Source: Octopus sinensis (Eukaryota). From it: a stretch of DNA of 64,000 nt. Shown here one piece after another: positions 40,646 to 53,208 of the stretch (positions within the stretch are counted from its first letter, which is position 1; every line of letters begins with the position of its first letter). Where the stretch lies: the NCBI RefSeq assembly GCF_006345805.1, contig NC_042998.1:157790001-157854000 (forward strand), written 5' to 3'. Position numbers and translations under genes: made by a program. Under the pieces are notes generated by a model. It was given only the letters and a program-made list of their open reading frames with translations, had not been told where the DNA came from and made no database searches.

Positions 40646-41144
40646 GCGTGTGTCTATGTATATATATATATATATACACGAAGTGTACATACATGCATAC
40701 ATATATACATACGTACTTATTTATGTGCACGACCTTGATCGTCTTTATATAAAACCGTTATCTTTTAAAAGACATAATGGGAGTGGTACCAAAAACGTAG
40801 GATGAAAATTTTTCAGATATGAATCGATAAAATATGCACTAGCCTGTTTTTTTCAAACCCACAAATTAAAACCATGACGACGCTGTCTCGGCTTGGCTAC
40901 AGGACTATTTCTGAATGCAGAAACAATTTCTGTCTCTCACTCTCTCACTCTATCTGTCTATGTATGCATCTCTCTCTTTCTCTTTCTCTCTTTATCCTTC
41001 TCTCTCTCCCTCTGTCTCCCAGTATCTCTGTATGTATGTACATATATATATGTCTGAGTGTGTGTGTGTGTGTGTATGGCAAAGGAAAGATGAAAGATGT
41101 GTATGTAATTGCTTCTATATATTTTGACATATGCATATTCATTC

Positions 41145-41220
<76 letters not shown>

Positions 41221-41257
41221 AGAGAGAGAAAGAGAGATAGAAAGATTGATAGAAAGG

Positions 41258-41307
<50 letters not shown>

Positions 41308-41670
41308 TAGATATATAGATAGAGAGAGGGAGAGAGATAGATAGACAGACAGACAGATATATAAATATAGACATAGATATATGTGTGGGTGCGAGTATGT
41401 GTAATGTGCGATTGTGTGTGAAAGATAAATTCTCGATATATTACAAGATATCTTTTTTATTTGAGCAGTTGATAGATATATGCAGCGGATTTTAACCCGG
41501 ACCTTGAACGGAAAGGTGAATTAATCGCAGAGAACCCAAAATTAATGAAAAAGACATTTGATATTCTAGAGGGTATTCTAGAACAACTCTGAACTCATGT
41601 TTCTACATTATACTGTAATTAGTACATCATTTGCCATATCGAGAATTCAGCTAGCGATAAGATTTAGCTA

Positions 41671-43079
41671 TCTCTCTATATATAAAACTGATAATGTGTG
41701 TCTGTCTGTCTGTCTGTGTGTTTCCCTAAAACTTGAGAACTACACAACCAATTTCATTCAAATTTTACACATGCCTTACTTAGGGTCCATATAGTTTCAT
41801 GGGTAAAAAATGTTCAACTTCTTGCCTAGGGCGAGCCCATAGCAATATCATATCTTCTCTACTATTTCAGTATTACGTGTTAAAAGTGAAACAAAATCAT
41901 TTCTCTATTTTATGTCAGATACTTTCACTGTAACAATAAAAGTTAGAGATAATAATAACAATTGAATTATATGTAGTAAGTAATAATTAAAATCAAACTA
42001 AAATATAATATAATCGTAACATAACAAAAGTAAAAATAGCAATTGGTATAAAATTGCATCAATGACTTGAACTTGAATAAGTGGTTTCACATGAATGGGA
42101 ATAAATTAAATTAAATCAACTGCGTACTGCTTTTTGATTCACCGTAAGGTTTGTTGTTATTATTGTTACTGTTTAACTATTGTTATCACGTTTGTTGGTT
42201 CCTCGTAATAGAAACGTTGTTGTGTTGCATTTGTTAAATAATTGTAAACTGTAGCCCTTCCTCTTTGGGAGAAGGAGCTTTGGTTATTGTTTAAAAATGG
42301 AATTGTGTCCCTGTTTCGGGAAATTGACTATATTTTCACTGTTTACACGGAAGCATTTTTGTTAGAATGCCTTCTATAGAAGAAAGTCCAAAAATGAATT
42401 TCGCTGCAGCCGTCGGCGGGGGCGAACTCATCAAAATTAAAATGGTAGAAATACAAACCTATTTCGGATTGATCACCGACAAAGACGGTGAATCTAGGAT
42501 AACACCACCAAACGAAATAAAAAATTCAAAGAAAAGACTATTGTCTATAAAGTATACAATGTAGAGAAAAAAAAAAGATTCGAACACCTGGAGGAAGGCC
42601 CCATCGAAAAGTGTCTTGAAGCGACTATGAAAGATATCTAACCAGAGGCAGTAAATTCGCAACAATAGAAACAAGGTTCGAGTCAACGGAGCGTGCAAGG
42701 GAGTACTCGACTCTAACCATGCAAAGTGGAAATATTTTATTTTTACCTTTATATCTGGGACGTAGGACGTCCCGGATAAAAATTTAAAATGCCCTCCCCC
42801 CCCCCCCCGAAGTAGAGGTAGGCTGGATTGTAGCCACACTTCTATACAAGAGGGAGGACAAGATACAAATGATCGAAATTGCAAGAGACGAGCCTACAAT
42901 TCCAGTCTGTTATATATTTTGAGTATTGTTATCACTAGCGATATCAAGATATAACTTTGTATTTTGTATTTTATGTGTAGATATGTATATAGATGTACAT
43001 GTAATATGTACACATATATATATACACATATATACATGCACTAGCACTATGACCCGGCAACGACGGGTCATAATGTTAG
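41671..43079 (+). mobile_element. Non-autonomous Helitron with internal cargo
   Basis: A|TC start, (CTGT)n near the 5' end, 3' hairpin TATGACCCG-gcaacga-CGGGTCATA (43048-43072), TTAG|T end. Confidence 0.85.
42367..42900 (+). pseudogene. Decayed foreign ORF inside the Helitron (possibly LINE ORF1-like)
   Basis: A continuous protein-like reading can be rebuilt across a few frameshifts; visibly GC-richer than its flanks. Family assignment is inference. Confidence 0.55.
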
Positions 43080-43749
43080 TATATTAAAAGAGAAGCGATA
43101 ATTTGAGACGAAAGAAAATCAGTATGATTAAGAAGTAAATGAACTAAGGGAAATAACCCAGAGTGGCCAATGGTGATTGCGTCTTTTGAGTTGATAGATG
43201 ACAGTGTTGTTAGCAGTGGTAATACCTCTGCCTTGTAAATGTGTGCCAATCTTTTTCTGTTGGTTTCATAATAGATTCATCTTGGCCGATTATCTGACAA
43301 AATGTTGAAAGTTTAACTCAGGTAAAATTAATTCTTTTTAAGCACTTGTACATTTTGAAGTGTTTAAACTTACGGTAACGAGTTCAGGACGCTGCAGTGT
43401 CCCCGAGGAGACATTAATGCAGGCTGTTTGGTGTTTCTTCAGTATTGTGACACAGTACAAATTGATATGGCATAAGAAATGCGCCTCAATGCTGCTCTGG
43501 GTCTCTGTGTCTCATTGTTTGAGGTTATAATGTGAATGTCCTGTTGCAGAGTGGTGGATTGTGAGAGAGGTGCAGGGTAATGGTAGGAGTTAGATAAGAA
43601 TATGAGAAGGATACGGAGGGAGGCGTGTTGGTAGTGGTGTCGGAAATAGGCTGGAAAGTGAGGTGATGAGTGCTAGTGATCTACATGCTTTTGACATTGT
43701 TGTGTATAAAGGAGGAAACGAAGAAAAATTGGTCAGTTGGGAGTGATAA

Positions 43750-43850
43750 GTTTGCATTTCATCCTTTCGGGGTTGATAATTTAAGTACCACTGAAACAAC
43801 GGAGTCGATGTAATCAACTTGTACCCTACCTCAAATTTCAGGCCTCAAAT
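43750..43850 (+). mobile_element. SINE fragment, 39839 family
   Basis: TTTCATCCTTTCGGGGTTGATAATTTAAGTACC...GTCGATGTAATCAAC. Confidence 0.65.
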
Positions 43851-44591
43851 TTCAGAATTTATAAAGTAGTTGAGGAGTGAAAGAATTGAAAGTTTTTGGA
43901 AATAAGGAAGGGAATAATTTTCTCAGTCGATGAGACGAGTCATTTTATCTTTTCCCAAGTACAGCCCATTTCTCTCTGTCTATCTTTATTCTATATTTGA
44001 GACTTCCTCTCAATTCTCACCACAACGTACTACCACCTTTCTCTTAGTAAACACGCTTTTTTTTTTTGTCATTTCCTCACTTAACCATAGCAGCAGCTGC
44101 ATGGCTTTTCATACTCTGTTGATTTGCTATTTCTAAAGCCATAAAACTCTCTACTCACCTTCATGAGTTGTTTGTGCAAATTAATGAAATTTATGGTTTA
44201 CGTCTGAAACTAGAGGAAAATAAAAAACATTTATCCCCTTCAAACTTTGTACCCTGCAAGGTTTCAACATCTTCACGCAATCAAATTTAATTAAATTAAA
44301 TTAAATCCGTTTACGCTTGGCTTGTCTCGTCAGCAAAGTCACCAAAATAGGAAGCAGATATATATACACGAGGCTACACCATCTAAGCCTCGGGTCTATA
44401 TATCGTAAATTTTCGGATTCACCGTAATCGCGCCATCTAATCCTCAGCAAATATAAGCTGCTGATACAAATTTCAGAATTAGTCAAAAATTCATTAATCA
44501 ATCAATATAAGGGTAACAGAAAATTCAAGAAAAATTTTCTGCCACCAGCGGTCAAGTGAGAAAGTAGAAATAGTCACAGACTATATGATAC

Positions 44592-44878
44592 ATTCAACAA
44601 AATATTAAGGAATGACCCTGAGAAGGTCGTTCGACTCACTTGAAAAGCGCAGCTAAACTCAAAACCGCAAAAAATAGTAGTAATTCTGAAACTTGAGGAA
44701 AATAAAAAACATTTATCCCCTTCAAACTTTGTACCCTGCAAAGTTTGAAGGGGATAAATGTTTTTTATTTTCCTCTAGTTTCAGAATTACTACTATTTTT
44801 TGCGGTTTTGAGTTTAGCTGCGCTTTTCAAGTGAGTCGAACGACCTTCTCAGGGTCATTCCTTAATATTTTGTTGAAT
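44592..44878. repeat. Near-perfect hairpin, 140 bp arms, 7 nt loop
   Basis: 44592-44731 is the reverse complement of 44739-44878; I found one mismatch. Confidence 0.95.
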
Positions 44879-44974
44879 ATATATATATATATGTAGCTAA
44901 GTTCTCCTCAAAAATTTCAGCCATTCAAAGCTAAGTTCTCCCCCAAATTAAATGGCTGAAATTTTACTCATCAT

Positions 44975-45035
44975 ACATTGAAGGACAAATGTTTCGATTT
45001 ACAATATAATATAGTAGAACATTTAGTATGTGTAC

Positions 45036-45067
<32 letters not shown>

Positions 45068-45069
45068 AT

Positions 45070-45113
<44 letters not shown>

Positions 45114-45389
45114 ATTACATATATATATATATTATTTTTGTAATTTACTTAATTTTACTTGTCAATTGACATTTTAATTTTAACCTTCCTATGATATGCA
45201 ATTTTCAAGATGGTGTAATTTGATTATTCACTTTGAATCGATAAAAGGTGTTTTTTTCTAATATTTCATGTATAAGCATGTATATATATATATATATATA
45301 TATATAGTGACATTGAAGGACACATCTTTCGATTTACAATTTAATATAGTAGAACATTCAGTATATGTGTGTATATGTATATATATATA

Positions 45390-45430
<41 letters not shown>

Positions 45431-45619
45431 CCTGTTATATACATTATATTATTTTTATAATTTACTTAATCTTTACTTTTTAATTGTCACTTTAATTTTA
45501 ACTTTCCTATGATATACAATTTTCAAGATGGTGTAATTTAGTTGTTCATTTTGATTCGATAAAAGGTGTTTTTTTCTAATATTTCATGTATAAGCATGTA
45601 TATATATATATATATAGTG
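44975..45619. repeat. Tandem duplication, ~335 bp x 2, with embedded TA tracts
   Basis: ACATTGAAGGACA at 44975 and 45310; shared downstream blocks. Confidence 0.9.
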
Positions 45620-46402
45620 GTATAAATATCAGCACAATTTTTCCCCTTCCTCTCTTATTTTTCTTTTTCTTTTTTTGTCTCTCTTCCCTTCTCCAAACAC
45701 ACAGACACACGCACACACACACGCACACACAACACACACACGCACACACACACACCTCCACAAAACGCTCATAAAAAGTGGAAAGAATTCTTAAACCCGA
45801 AAAAGCATTTGACCATTCTCACAATGATAAAAGGAAATATAATTTATGACCTGCCTCCCCGCCACCACACACTCAGTGACACTGTGAAGTGGTCAAAGCT
45901 GAAATTCTTAGAACCCCCTTGGAGTCAATACTCTGTCCAGCAGACCCAAAAAATTATTTCCTTCTTCTTCCCTCTCCCTTCCCCTCTTTCTCTTTAGCAC
46001 TTACCTCAGATACAAACACACCACACACACACACACACACACACCACACACACACATACACACATGTTCTCTCTCTCACTTTCTCCTCATCCTTCTCATC
46101 CTCTTGTACTGTCTTATATTCCTCCCCACCACTACGAAACTCTATAAAATGATTAAAATTCCCCACACAGGAACTTAGTTTGATTTGAAAACCCCACTAG
46201 AATGGGAGAAAGCGTTAATGATTTAAGTGATATGATATATATATATAAAAAATGTAATATATAAATAAATATCTGTAAATATAAACCATCCGATCTTCTG
46301 ATTACCTCATTTCTTCTAATATACATATATATATATAAATATATATATATGAAAAAACAAGTCAAGATAGAAAATGCTAAAATAATTTTATAAAGAACAT
46401 TT

Positions 46403-46440
46403 CAGTACCGGTTTCGGTCATTTTGAGACCTTTTCAACTG
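46403..46440 (-). ncRNA. Minimal hammerhead motif, family C (U3/A8 variant)
   Basis: Reverse complement of 48189-48226. Confidence 0.7.
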
Positions 46441-46571
46441 TAACGATTAAATAATCAAATTTAGAAAAATTAAGAGAAAGGTTTTTTTAAAGGAATATTT
46501 GTATAGTGTTCAAATATAAGTGGCATTCTGAAGAAGAAGAAGAAGAAGAAGAAGAAGAAGAAGAAGAAGAA

Positions 46572-46618
<47 letters not shown>

Positions 46619-47077
46619 AGAAGAAGAAGAAGAAGATGACGATGTTGATGATGATGATGATGATGATGAAGAAGAAGAAGAAGAAGAAGAAGAAGAAGAA
46701 GAAGAAGGAGAAGGAGAAAAAGATGATGATGATGGTGATGATGATGACGACGATGATGATGATAATGATGATGATGAAGAAGAAGAGGAAGAAGAAGAAA
46801 AAAGAGAGAAAGGAGAATATGAATGAGTGGAAGTAGTGAGGTGTTGTATGACTTGAAGTTGGCACGTTATGGATTATAGTTGTGATTGGGGCTGATTTGT
46901 AGTGGATTCTTTGGAATGTAATATTTGCGTGTGTATTTCTGTTATTCTAAAGCTGAGGTGTATTAATCGTTTGTCGTAGACACGTTAAGAAGTGGCCTGT
47001 ATTTTGTAATAAAGAGAGTTTCTTGTACTGCTCTTGACACCCAGAGCAGGTTAGTGTGTATATCAGGCTCTCCGAAG

Positions 47078-47415
47078 AACGGTTTACAGTGAAAAGCAAC
47101 TTCACATGTGCTTCGGAGAACCTGATATACACACTAACCTGCTCTGGGTGTCAAGAGCAGTACATAGGCCAAACAAAAAATAGTTTGCGTAAAAGAATGG
47201 CCCTGCACAGATCCCAGGTAAAAATTCCCCAGAACAGAAAAATAGCTTTCAGCCAACACATATATACATGCGCCAACAACAAAACACCAGGCTTCAGGAT
47301 TTTCCCCCTCTACCAATTTAGGGACGATACAACCTCGAGACAACGAATAAGTAAAGAAACTCTCTTTATTACAAAATACAGGCCACTTCTTAACGGGTCT
47401 ACGACAAACGATTAA
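47078..47415 (+). pseudogene. PLE GIY-YIG endonuclease C-terminal fragment (CCHH type)
   Basis: NLIYTLTCSGCQEQYIGQTKNSLRKRMALHRSQ...FSQHIYTC...KETLFITKYRPLLN: IY and YIG motifs, CxxC, Arg, two His, Glu and the terminal PxLN motif. Confidence 0.85.
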
Positions 47416-47765
47416 TACACCTCAGCTTTAGAATAACAGAAATACACACGCAAATATTACATTCCAAAGAATCAATTACAAATCAGCCCCAATCACAGCT
47501 ATAACCCATAACGTGCCAACTTCAAGTCATACAACACCTCACTACTTCCACTCATTCATATTCTCCCTTCTCTCTTTTTTCTTCTTCTTCATCATCATCA
47601 TTATCATCATCATCGTCGTCATCATCATCACCATCATCATCATCATCTTCTTCTCCTTCTCCTTCTTCTTCTTCTTCTTCTTCTTCTTCTTCTTCTTCTT
47701 CTCTTCTTCTTCTCATCATGATCATCATGATCATCATCATCATCAATATCGTCATCTTCTGCTTC

Positions 47766-47796
<31 letters not shown>

Positions 47797-48188
47797 CTTC
47801 TTCTTCTTCTTCTTCTTCTTCTTCTTCTACTTCTGCTCCACCTTCTACCTCTTAACGTTATCACTAGTGCTTTTCAGTATAACACCTACACAAATTCCAT
47901 AAACAAATCTTTCAATAGAAATATTCTTCTGAATTGAACTGCAACTGCTAGCCGTCACTGACCATTCAAAATACGACAATCAAGGCAATCCCAAATTTTT
48001 CCATCCCTTCTCCTCATCAACCTTCTTCTTCTTCTACCCTACCAAGAATTCACAACGACCTCGAACACACAAGTGCAAACAAGAGAGACAGAGAAAGGCA
48101 GAATGCCACTTATATTTGAACACTATACAAATATTCCCTTAAAAAAATTTTTCTTTTAATTTTTCTAAATTTAATTATTTAATCGTTA

Positions 48189-48226
48189 CAGTTGAAAAGG
48201 TCTCAAAATGACCGAAACCGGTACTG
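48189..48226 (+). ncRNA. Minimal hammerhead motif, family C (U3/A8 variant)
   Basis: CAG-UUGAAAA-GGUC(UCAAAAU)GACC-GAAA-CCGG-UA-CUG: compensatory C3U/G8A, 4 bp stem II, palindromic ACCGGU stem III, GUA triplet. Confidence 0.7.
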
Positions 48227-48312
48227 AAATGTTCTTTATAAAATTATTTTAGCATTTTCTATCTTGACTTGTTTTTTCATATATATCAACTCGTGTGTTC
48301 CTTTTCACCCTT

Positions 48313-48360
<48 letters not shown>

Positions 48361-48647
48361 TTTCAACAATTGAGGGTAAAATTAATTAATTATTAATCAA
48401 TTTCACCAAGTATTCAGTATGTAAAGGGACCATTTAAGGCGAATTCAAATTATTACATTATATAAAAGGGCTTAGTAAAATAAATTACTTTACCACATAC
48501 TGAACTCATTAGAAATAGTAGCTAAAAAAACTTTTTTTAAACTATTTCTAATACTTAAAGAAAATCTCTCTCATATAGTGTTTGCTCAATTCAACTCACG
48601 AAAGTATGGGGGTTAAGACATTAAAAAAATCAAATGCAAAGGTTATT

Positions 48648-48699
48648 TGAGAACGTACGTTTCAATATTAGTCAACTCGACATTTCTATCATCAGCTCA
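48648..48699 (-). ncRNA. Type I hammerhead motif, family D
   Basis: Reverse complement of 49586-49637 with one substitution weakening stem II. Confidence 0.6.
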
Positions 48700-49585
48700 G
48701 AACTCCTTGGTTTGGATTTGAAAACACTGAAAGTGGGAGCATACCCTTTCGGCTTCTTATCGCTTCTGAAGATCTGCTGGAAACTAACAGTGCCAGCAAA
48801 CCCAAAATATGCAAGCGAAGAATTTCTGCTCTCCCCTTTCCACCAGCGTGGGTTAAAATCAGTAAACACTATGCTTTTTCGGTAAAATCCGAAGCATTAA
48901 ATAGAGAGAGATGAATTATAATTTCAACAATTGAGGGTAAAATTAATTAATTATTAATCAATTTCACCAAGTATTCAGTATGTAAAGGGACCATTTAAGG
49001 CGAATTCAAATTATTACATTATATAAAAGGGCTTAGTAAAATAAATTACTTTGCCACATACTGAACTCATTAGAAATAGTAGCTAAAAAACTTTTTTAAA
49101 ACTATTTCTAATACTTAAAGAAAATCTCTCTCATATAGTGTTTGCTCAATTGTTTGCTCAATTCTTTAAGTATTAGAAATAGTTTTAAAAAAGTTTTTCT
49201 AGCTACTATTTCTAATGAGTTCAGTATGTGGCAAAGTAATTTATTTTACTAAGCCCTTTTATATAATGTAATAATTTGAATTCGCCTTAAATGGTCCCTT
49301 TACATACTGAATACTTGGTGAAATTGATTAATAATTAATTAATTTTACCCTCAATTGTTGAAATTATAATTCATCTCTCTCTATTTAATGCTTCGGATTT
49401 TACCGAAAAAGCATAGTGTTTACTGATTTTAACCCACGCTGGTGGAAAGGGGAGAGCAGAAATTCTTCGTTTGCATATTTTGGGTTTGCTGGCACTGTTA
49501 GTTTCCAGCAGATCTTCAGAAGCGATAAGAAGCCGAAAGGGTATGCTCCCACTTTCAGTGTTTTCAAATCCAAACCAAGGAGTTC

Positions 49586-49637
49586 TGAGCTGATGATAGA
49601 AATGTCGAGTTGACTAATCTTGAAACGTACGTTCTCA
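49586..49637 (+). ncRNA. Type I hammerhead motif, family D
   Basis: UGAG-CUGAUGA-UAGAaauGUC(gaguu)GACuaaUCUU-GAAA-CGUACG-UU-CUCA: full core, 4 bp stem I, palindromic ACGUACGU stem III, GUU triplet, U.U at the base of stem II. Confidence 0.7.
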
Positions 49638-49848
49638 AATAACCTTTGCATTTGATTTTTTTAATGTCTTTACCCCCATACTTTCGTGAGTTGAATTGAG
49701 CAAACACTATATGAGAGAGATTTTCTTTAAGTATTAGAAATAGTTTAAAAAAAGTTTTTTTAGCTACTATTTCTAATGAGTTCAGTATGTGGCAAAGTAA
49801 TTTATTTTACTAAGCCCTTTTATATAATATATATATATATAATATATA

Positions 49849-49908
<60 letters not shown>

Positions 49909-49916
49909 AACAAGCA

Positions 49917-49952
<36 letters not shown>

Positions 49953-50416
49953 AATACACATACATACGCATTTATACATATAGGACATACACACACATAC
50001 ACATGCCTACATACATATACATTCACAATAAAAAGAAAAAATTATTTAATATAATCCTTGAAATAATATACTTAATAAGATTCTCTAAACACATATTTAG
50101 AAGAGGGTTTACAAGATAGCACACTCCTCTCTGTCATTAAGAAGTTTATTTTTTAACGTTAAAATTTGATATATTTCATCCACACATCGGCTACATCTGA
50201 CGGGATTCATATATATATAAAAGCGAATTTTTTAAATAAATTCACGAGTGGATATGGATCGAAACAAATTGTAGGATATATGTTTGTTTTAATTATTTGT
50301 TATATTATATTTTTATCTCATTTCTATAGTATAATTATATTATATAATAATGTTAATATATTTGTAATATGGCAATTGTATTTCTCTATTTCCTTTAATA
50401 TATGTGTGTGTGTATG

Positions 50417-50570
50417 TTTATACGACGGGCTTCTTTCACTTTCCCTCAATCAAATACATTCACTGAGCTTTGTAGAAGATAGAGAATATTTTACCAAGGC
50501 CCCTCGCATTGGGACTGAATTCGGAACCATATTGTTAGGAAGAAAACATTTTACCTCACAACCACGCCTA
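50417..50570 (-). mobile_element. Partial diverged SINE, 61752 family
   Basis: ATACGACGGGCTTCTTTC...GGGACTGAATTCGGAACCAT. Confidence 0.7.
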
Positions 50571-50884
50571 TATTTTATGTGTGCGTGTGTGTGTGTGTCT
50601 ACTCAGACGGCTCTGGTCGGCCCGAAGCTACAATACAAATAATACAAATGGAAGCTAGCTAGCTACCTACCTACCTACGTACCTACGTACCTACTTACCT
50701 ACCTACCTACCTACCTACCTACCTACCTACCTACCTACCTGTCTACTACCTACCTCCCTATCTACCTACCTAACTACATACATAAATACATACATACATA
50801 CATACAATCCAGCAGAAAACATGGAAGAAGTGGTGAGGTGAGAACAGCAGGAAGCAGAGTAGAAAAACAAAGAGACGACATAGC

Positions 50885-50935
<51 letters not shown>

Positions 50936-52789
50936 GAGGGAGAGAAAGAGAGAGAGAGAAGGAAAATGAAAGAGTGGGAAAAGAAAAAAGAATCTGATAG
51001 AAATAAATAGGGAGATTTGTCATCATTTTCTCTCTCTTTTCTCTTTCACTTTCTCTTTTCTCCCTTTCTTTCTTTTGTTCTTTCTATCTCTCTCTCTCTG
51101 TCTTTCTCTTTTTATTTCCCACTCTCTCACACCACTCTTTCTATCGCTACACTCATGGTAAACTAAACACAAATGAGTGCATTGCTAGGATACAAGAGTT
51201 GTTAAATCATGCAATCTTTTTCACCATAGATCTCTTTTTTCACATCTTTAGGCATATGGAAACTGATCTCATCTACAATGAATGATGATTTTTCCTATTC
51301 AAGAGATAAATATCAGTTCATATGTGTACCAATAATCTATCAGTCCCTCAACTCTTTCGTTCGTACAGCTCTGTATGCTTTCTGTCTGTTTCACCGCTAT
51401 TATCTTGTCCGACAACTTATATTTCACTCACTCCGGCAACTTGTTTGTGAGAAGGTTCAGAGAACATTTAACTATTAAAAACTAGTTATCAATCTTCTTT
51501 CATTTAAGCAAATTTTGTTTCGCTGTCTCACCCCTTTGCTCCCCCCTCTCTCTCTCAGTTCTTCCTAGTAATTAGCTATAATTTGTTTCATCTTGTATAT
51601 TAGATACGTACACATACGCACAACTGATGCGATGATACTACAAGACATACATGATAATAAAACAAATGATTAGACAAAGAGAAAACTATAATGAATTTAT
51701 ATAACTTTAAACCAGATCTGATAGTGCTGTCTATAGAAACTAGAAGAGAAGAAAATTTATCAATATCTTATTGAAGCAGGATACATTTTGTATGCTTTAT
51801 ATTAAATTACGTGTAACTGTCTGATTCTATTCTTTGAATTCTATATAAGTTTTCCTTTGTTAAACTACTATTTTATGTTATCAGCTGATTGCTTAACTAA
51901 CCAAAGTTTTATATTAGACACTTTTACAAAATCACTATTGTTATTGATTTTTTTCTGGGCACTAGGCCAAAGAATGTCTTTAAAAGAGAATAAGATCATA
52001 TGATGTTCATCCCTTTCCCTAGTCATTAAGGAACTAAGTTAAAGGAAATATATCAGCCAACAACAATAGTACTGTTTGCATAAAACTTTTCATAACTGAA
52101 ACTGACGTTGTAAATTATATATTGTACATCACGTTGAGTATTAAGAGGAGCTTTCACACTTTTCCGTTCAAGCATTAGCAACATATGTATATTGAAAGGG
52201 CTTCGAGATACCGACTTCCTAGCATTTCATTTTACTTTTTTAATAACGTATGTCCCATTTGAATGGTTTAGCTCTGTATTATATAATATTGATCAAGTTG
52301 CCTCCTCACATGTGCACACATACCTACACACGCACACACACACACATTCTCTCTCCCTCTCTCTCTCTCCCTCTCTCTCTCCCTTCCTCTCTCTCTCCCT
52401 CTCTCTCTCTCGCGCAGAAGAACGTTTCGAATATTTCTATAGCCAAAATAATGCAAATTATATACATTAATGATGTATATTGTTTCAATATTTAAGGGAT
52501 AACATCTCCTTTCCAGGAAATTGACGGCGTAAAGGTGTTGATAGTTGATGTCATTGCTATCAACACCATTTCTCTGTTAGTTTCCTGTAGGATGGATACA
52601 AACTAGCAAATATAGAAATACCAGCACTAACCATCGACCTGTATTGTTTCGGGTTTAAAAGCATATTTTTAAAAATTATATATATCAGACTATACTTCAT
52701 GAAAACTATTCTGCTCATATTTATTTTCGCACATACATACAAAAGTTCAGGTATATACCTGTAATTATTGGCGCGCACTACGATATATA

Positions 52790-53135
52790 ACACACTGTCT
52801 AAATACCAATCTTGAGAAATTAGGCTTCACAAAACCAGAAAAGAGAATGCTTATTCGAAACTACAGATCCAATCCATCAGAGGAACTGTAAAAATCTGTA
52901 AAACTTTCCAGAAGTGTATCATTTAAGTATATACGAGTATGTCTAAATATGCAAGCATATGCATGAGCAGAGATACATAAAACAAAGCATACAAATCTGC
53001 ACCTATACATACATTCAAAAATATCCCGTTCAAGTTGTTGAAAAACCAATGAAGAAGCTTTGGATCTAGGTTAGAAAATGGCTTTTCTCCAATGGCGAGA
53101 AATCTTGAAATAAAAGTGAATAAAGACATACATAC
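52790..53135 (+). mobile_element. 3' end of a second RLE-LINE lineage ending in (TACA)n
   Basis: CLNTNLEKLGFTKPE...GTVKICKTF then a 3' UTR ending GAATAAAGACATAC(ATAC)n; homologous to 53843-54320 on the minus strand. Confidence 0.75.
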
Positions 53136-53172
53136 ATACATACATACATACATACATACACACATACATGCA

Positions 53173-53208
<36 letters not shown>

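Larger units (their letters stand above)
46351..48278 (+). mobile_element. 5'-truncated Penelope-like retroelement with an inverted, internally deleted 5' copy (fold-back)
   Basis: GIY-YIG ORF on + strand; 46351-47077 is the reverse complement of parts of 47111-48278; both ends stop at the same base (GAAAAAACAAG) in TA repeats; a hammerhead lies near each end. Confidence 0.85.
48361..49828. mobile_element. Non-coding tandem-plus-inverted repeat element (561 bp unit, partial second copy, then inversion), probable PLE pseudo-LTR array
   Basis: Unit starts at 48361 and again at 48922; 49162-49828 is the reverse complement of 48457-49122; flanked by TA tracts; contains family D hammerheads. Confidence 0.75.

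Noticed and set aside
43390-43720. Possible PLE reverse-transcriptase remnant on the minus strand
   Set aside because: Only a vague compositional resemblance; no motif I can defend.
44300-44340. Minus-strand CUGACGAG ... GUAAAC near the 140 bp hairpin
   Set aside because: No GAAA core and no consistent stem I or II.
46470-46870. Poly-E/D, poly-F and poly-K ORFs
   Set aside because: (GAA)n/(GAT)n microsatellite within the PLE 3' region.
48760-48800. CTGAAGA-TCTGCTG-GAAA in the 561 bp unit
   Set aside because: Stem II does not pair, position 17 would be G, and there is no stem I.
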